Source of the DNA: Bdellovibrionales bacterium
GTDB lineage: Bacteria; Bdellovibrionota; Bdellovibrionia; Bdellovibrionales; UBA1609
NCBI GenBank assembly: GCA_965261545.1
Contig: CBDHDF010000002.1
Coordinates: forward strand, 768,001-832,000
Direction: 5' to 3'
Length of the DNA: 64,000 nucleotides
The notes beneath the pieces were generated by a model. It saw nothing but the letters and a program-made list of their open reading frames with translations. It searched no databases and had not been told where the DNA came from. This document shows, in pieces, positions 60,877-64,000 of this stretch. Each line of letters begins with the position of its first letter. Position 1 is the first letter of the stretch. A program made the position numbers and the translations under genes.

Positions 60877-62340
60877 ATGCAAGAACAAAGTTCCACTCCA
60901 TTGCAACTCAAAAAATTGCAAGAAGGAGGTTTTAAGGAGGAGCCTCTTGAGGTTGATTCCTTCTGGAATCGCAGCCTTTGGGTTCAAATGGGAGTTTTTT
61001 TGGGAGTGGCAGGGGCTTTGACACTCCCTTGGGGAGGGGGGACCAGCGGGGTGCTTCTCACTCTTTGCTGCCTTGCCTATTTGGCCCACCACTTGGTGAG
61101 CAAGTTTAGCAAGTGTCTGTCAAAGGTGCGTGATCCGTGTCATATTCCTCAGGATTTAGCTAGACGGCCTATGTCTAGAGTGACCTTGAGTTCACTTGAG
61201 TGGTGGTTTCTTGGTGTTATGGTTTTATATCCCATTCTTGTCACTCTCAATATTTTATTTCTCGTCAACCCCATTTTACCCCGTTATTTTGATCGACCCA
61301 GTCACTTTCTTTTGATACCTCCTCTTTATTTTGCCATCCGCCACTCTGGCATCACATCCAAACCGCTGGTTCAAGGAGCCATTGTGGGAAGTCTTGGAGC
61401 GGGACTTATCGCCATTTATCAGTGGGCTGCATTGGGCGTAGTTCGCCCTGGAGGCTGGTCAAACCCTGTGAGTTTTTCAGCTGTGGCCCTCATTCTTGTT
61501 TGTATTTCTTTGGTACCCCTTTCTCTGCCAAGATTTTGGAACAGTATACGCTGGTTAAGTGCCTTACTGGGAATCACAGCTGTTTTTCTAGCGAACACCC
61601 GGGGAACATTTATAGCTATTCCCTTTCTCGCTTGGATGCTAATAAGATGGTCTTTGAAAGAACACCCTCATAGATTAAAGTGGTCCTTTCTCGCCCCTGT
61701 CGTGACTGTGATCGTTTTAATCCTTGCACCCTATTCTCAACAACGCCTTGTACGCTCAACAGCTTCGGAGGTCGCCTCTTTATTTTCTGGATCTAATTCC
61801 AATCTGATGTCGCAGTTCATTTCTAAAGAACTTTTTTCTAAATGGTACTTTTTTGAAGGATATCCTAAAGGGCATTCTAAAGAATATTCTGAAGATTTTG
61901 TTCCAGAGCAATCTATTTCTGAACGATGGGAAAGACTTCGAGTGGCTTGGGTTCTTTTTGCAAAGAGCCCTTGGTGGGGCGTTGGCTATGGTCAATATTT
62001 ATCTCAGGCCAATGAATTGAGAAGCCAAGGGTTTATTAAAAGTCCTTGGGTTTCCAATCATCACGCCCACAACAATTACCTCCATCTGGCTGCTGAAATG
62101 GGTATGATGGGTATTTTTGTTTACCTATTGCAGTTATTTTTTATTTATATGATGGGCCATTACAGCCAGAGGCATTTTTCACGTGGCCTTGGACCTATGC
62201 TTAAAGTATTTGTTGTGGGCCAGGGAATTTATAGTCTTTCAGATGCTCAATTTTCAAATACTCTTACCTCTTCTTTTTTTATTGTGATGACTTCGACTCT
62301 GGTTGCTGTGACCTTCAATGAGATACCTAATGAGATTTAA
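60877..62340 (+). CDS. O-antigen ligase (WaaL/Wzy_C) family protein
   Basis: TRG, PWWGVGYG and HAHNNYLHLAAEMG motifs; many TM helices. Confidence 0.87.
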   Translation: MQEQSSTPLQLKKLQEGGFKEEPLEVDSFWNRSLWVQMGVFLGVAGALTLPWGGGTSGVLLTLCCLAYLAHHLVSKFSKCLSKVRDPCHIPQDLARRPMSRVTLSSLEWWFLGVMVLYPILVTLNILFLVNPILPRYFDRPSHFLLIPPLYFAIRHSGITSKPLVQGAIVGSLGAGLIAIYQWAALGVVRPGGWSNPVSFSAVALILVCISLVPLSLPRFWNSIRWLSALLGITAVFLANTRGTFIAIPFLAWMLIRWSLKEHPHRLKWSFLAPVVTVIVLILAPYSQQRLVRSTASEVASLFSGSNSNLMSQFISKELFSKWYFFEGYPKGHSKEYSEDFVPEQSISERWERLRVAWVLFAKSPWWGVGYGQYLSQANELRSQGFIKSPWVSNHHAHNNYLHLAAEMGMMGIFVYLLQLFFIYMMGHYSQRHFSRGLGPMLKVFVVGQGIYSLSDAQFSNTLTSSFFIVMTSTLVAVTFNEIPNEI

Positions 62341-63902
62341 ATCTCTAAATTTCCTACAGCTTCATTTAAGACCTTCTGAATCTCTTCGCTGTCTATAAGT
62401 TTTCGAACTCTTTTGATGTCCTCAGAAAACACGCGGTCTTCTTGAGCAAAGGGAACCTCTTCGCTCACCAAGTTATAAACAGCTTTGACTCCCCCACTGG
62501 ACTCAAGGGGTTTATGAAAACCTAGGGCCTGTGAGGCACAAAGAATTTCCATGGCCACAATATTCTCAGCATTTTCAATGATTTGTTGGAGTTTTCTTGC
62601 CGCAATGGTTCCCATACTCACATGATCTTCTTTGTCTGCGGAGGTGGGAATGCTGTCCACAGAGGCTGGATGGGATAATATCTTATTCTCACTCACGAGA
62701 GAGGCCGCTGCCACTTGAACCATCATCATTCCACTATGTAACCCCCCATGGGGAGTGAGAAAAGCAGGAAGGCCACTCATGGCGGGATTTATAAGCTTAG
62801 AAATACGACATTCCGACATGCTTGCCATGGCACTGGTGGCAATGGCCATAAAGTCTAAAACAAAGGCCACGGGTTCCCCATGAAAATTGCCACAGGATAA
62901 AACTTTACCCTCTTTTGAAAAAACCAAGGGGTTGTCCGTGCTGGAATTGGCTTCGATTTCTAAAGTTTCAAGGGTACGAAAAAGGGTGTCCTTAAAGGCT
63001 CCATGGACAGCGGGAATGCAACGAAGGGAGTAAACATCTTGAACCCGGTGGCAATGAATGTGACTTTCGGCAATGGGAGAGGTTTTTCCTAATATTTTCA
63101 GTAAGTTTCTCGCAGTTTTGGCCTCTCCGGGGTGGGGGCGAGTGGCTGCAATGAGAGGGTCAAAGGCTTTGCGTGTTCCTTTGAGAGCCTCCAAGGAGAG
63201 AGCACCGGCAAGATCTGCCATCCAGGCCAAGCGTCGAGCTTTATAGCAATTTAAAAGACCCACAGCTGTCATCACTTGGCAACCATTAATAAGAGACAAT
63301 CCGTCTTTGGCATAAAGTTTTAAAGGCTCCACGCCAACATCTTGAAGAACTTTGGGGGTGGATTTTTGTTCTCCCCTCCACCACACAAATCCCTCTCCCA
63401 TAAGGGCGAGAGCCAAGTGAGCCAAGGGAGCAAGGTCTCCACTGGCCCCCACACTTCCTTGCTGAGGAACAACGGGGATCATATTTTTATTTAAGAACTC
63501 AAGAATTTTATGGACCACACCTATGTGACAACCACTGTGTCCCCGGGAGAGAGAGTTGGCGCGTAAATACATCATGGCTCGGGTTTGTTCGGGGGTAAAG
63601 GGCTCCCCCACCCCCACGGAGTGGGAACGAATAATATTTTGTTGAAGCTTTTCAATATCTGGAGAAGAAATAATGACTTCACTAAAATGACCAAAACCCG
63701 TGTTGATGCCATACATGATTTCCTTGGATTGAATCCTGCTCTCGATGTACTCCCTGGCTTTCTGAATCTTTTTTTGAGAACTTTCTGAGAGTTCTACTTC
63801 CACCTCCACTTCTTTGTGGGCCACACACCATGTGGAGTCCACGGTGATATCTTGACCTGTCAGTGGGATTACTTTTTTATGAACTTCTTTTTTCTTCACC
63901 AA
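62337..63902 (-). CDS. hutH: histidine ammonia-lyase
   Basis: YGINTGFG, GSVGASGDLAPL (MIO triad ASG), QDVYSLRC, GNFHG and EDHVSMG motifs. Confidence 0.95.
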   Translation of the reverse strand: MVKKKEVHKKVIPLTGQDITVDSTWCVAHKEVEVEVELSESSQKKIQKAREYIESRIQSKEIMYGINTGFGHFSEVIISSPDIEKLQQNIIRSHSVGVGEPFTPEQTRAMMYLRANSLSRGHSGCHIGVVHKILEFLNKNMIPVVPQQGSVGASGDLAPLAHLALALMGEGFVWWRGEQKSTPKVLQDVGVEPLKLYAKDGLSLINGCQVMTAVGLLNCYKARRLAWMADLAGALSLEALKGTRKAFDPLIAATRPHPGEAKTARNLLKILGKTSPIAESHIHCHRVQDVYSLRCIPAVHGAFKDTLFRTLETLEIEANSSTDNPLVFSKEGKVLSCGNFHGEPVAFVLDFMAIATSAMASMSECRISKLINPAMSGLPAFLTPHGGLHSGMMMVQVAAASLVSENKILSHPASVDSIPTSADKEDHVSMGTIAARKLQQIIENAENIVAMEILCASQALGFHKPLESSGGVKAVYNLVSEEVPFAQEDRVFSEDIKRVRKLIDSEEIQKVLNEAVGNLEI

Positions 63903-64000
63903 CTCCCTCGCTTCATATCATCATCGTGAATGGCTTTATGGAACTTCAGATTGTGAATGGCTTTATGATAGTCGTTTTGAAAAATATAGTTTCCTGCGAC

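Noticed and set aside
41863..61040. KOPS (GGGNAGGG) polarity as support for dif
   Set aside because: Matches seen at 45188 and 53046 point toward the site, but those at 41863 and about 61031 point away; not informative.

Overview
Bacterial chromosomal window. Gene content is most consistent with a Bdellovibrionota-like lineage (inference only). Core genes: an alternative complex III operon (actA-F) plus beta-carbonic anhydrase; gcdH-like, amt, type II glutamine synthetase, gpmA, folD, hppA; rimM-trmD-rplS-rnhB-yraN; cdd; an ldcA-mpl fusion plus amidase; a DEAD-box helicase, an O-antigen ligase and hutH. A dif-like site at 46018-46045, together with an apparent G-rich to C-rich strand switch, suggests the replication terminus region. 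The accessory zone (about 10-29.5 kb) holds a DUF285/BspA lipoprotein, a catalytic-domain-only tyrosine recombinase, and two tandem signal-peptide 'mini-RHS' proteins with caspase/C80-like His-Cys C-termini and no immunity gene. It also holds a fully resolvable 14.4-kb nest of five mobile elements. An outer DDE IS is split by IS1634 and by an 11-kb tyrosine-integrase element that inserted with only a 2-bp overlap. That element carries Rpn, a DGR-target-like FGE lipoprotein and an IS21, which in turn contains an IS4 with a passenger gene. No tRNA, rRNA or CRISPR array was recognised. All calls come from manual motif reading; no database searches were run.
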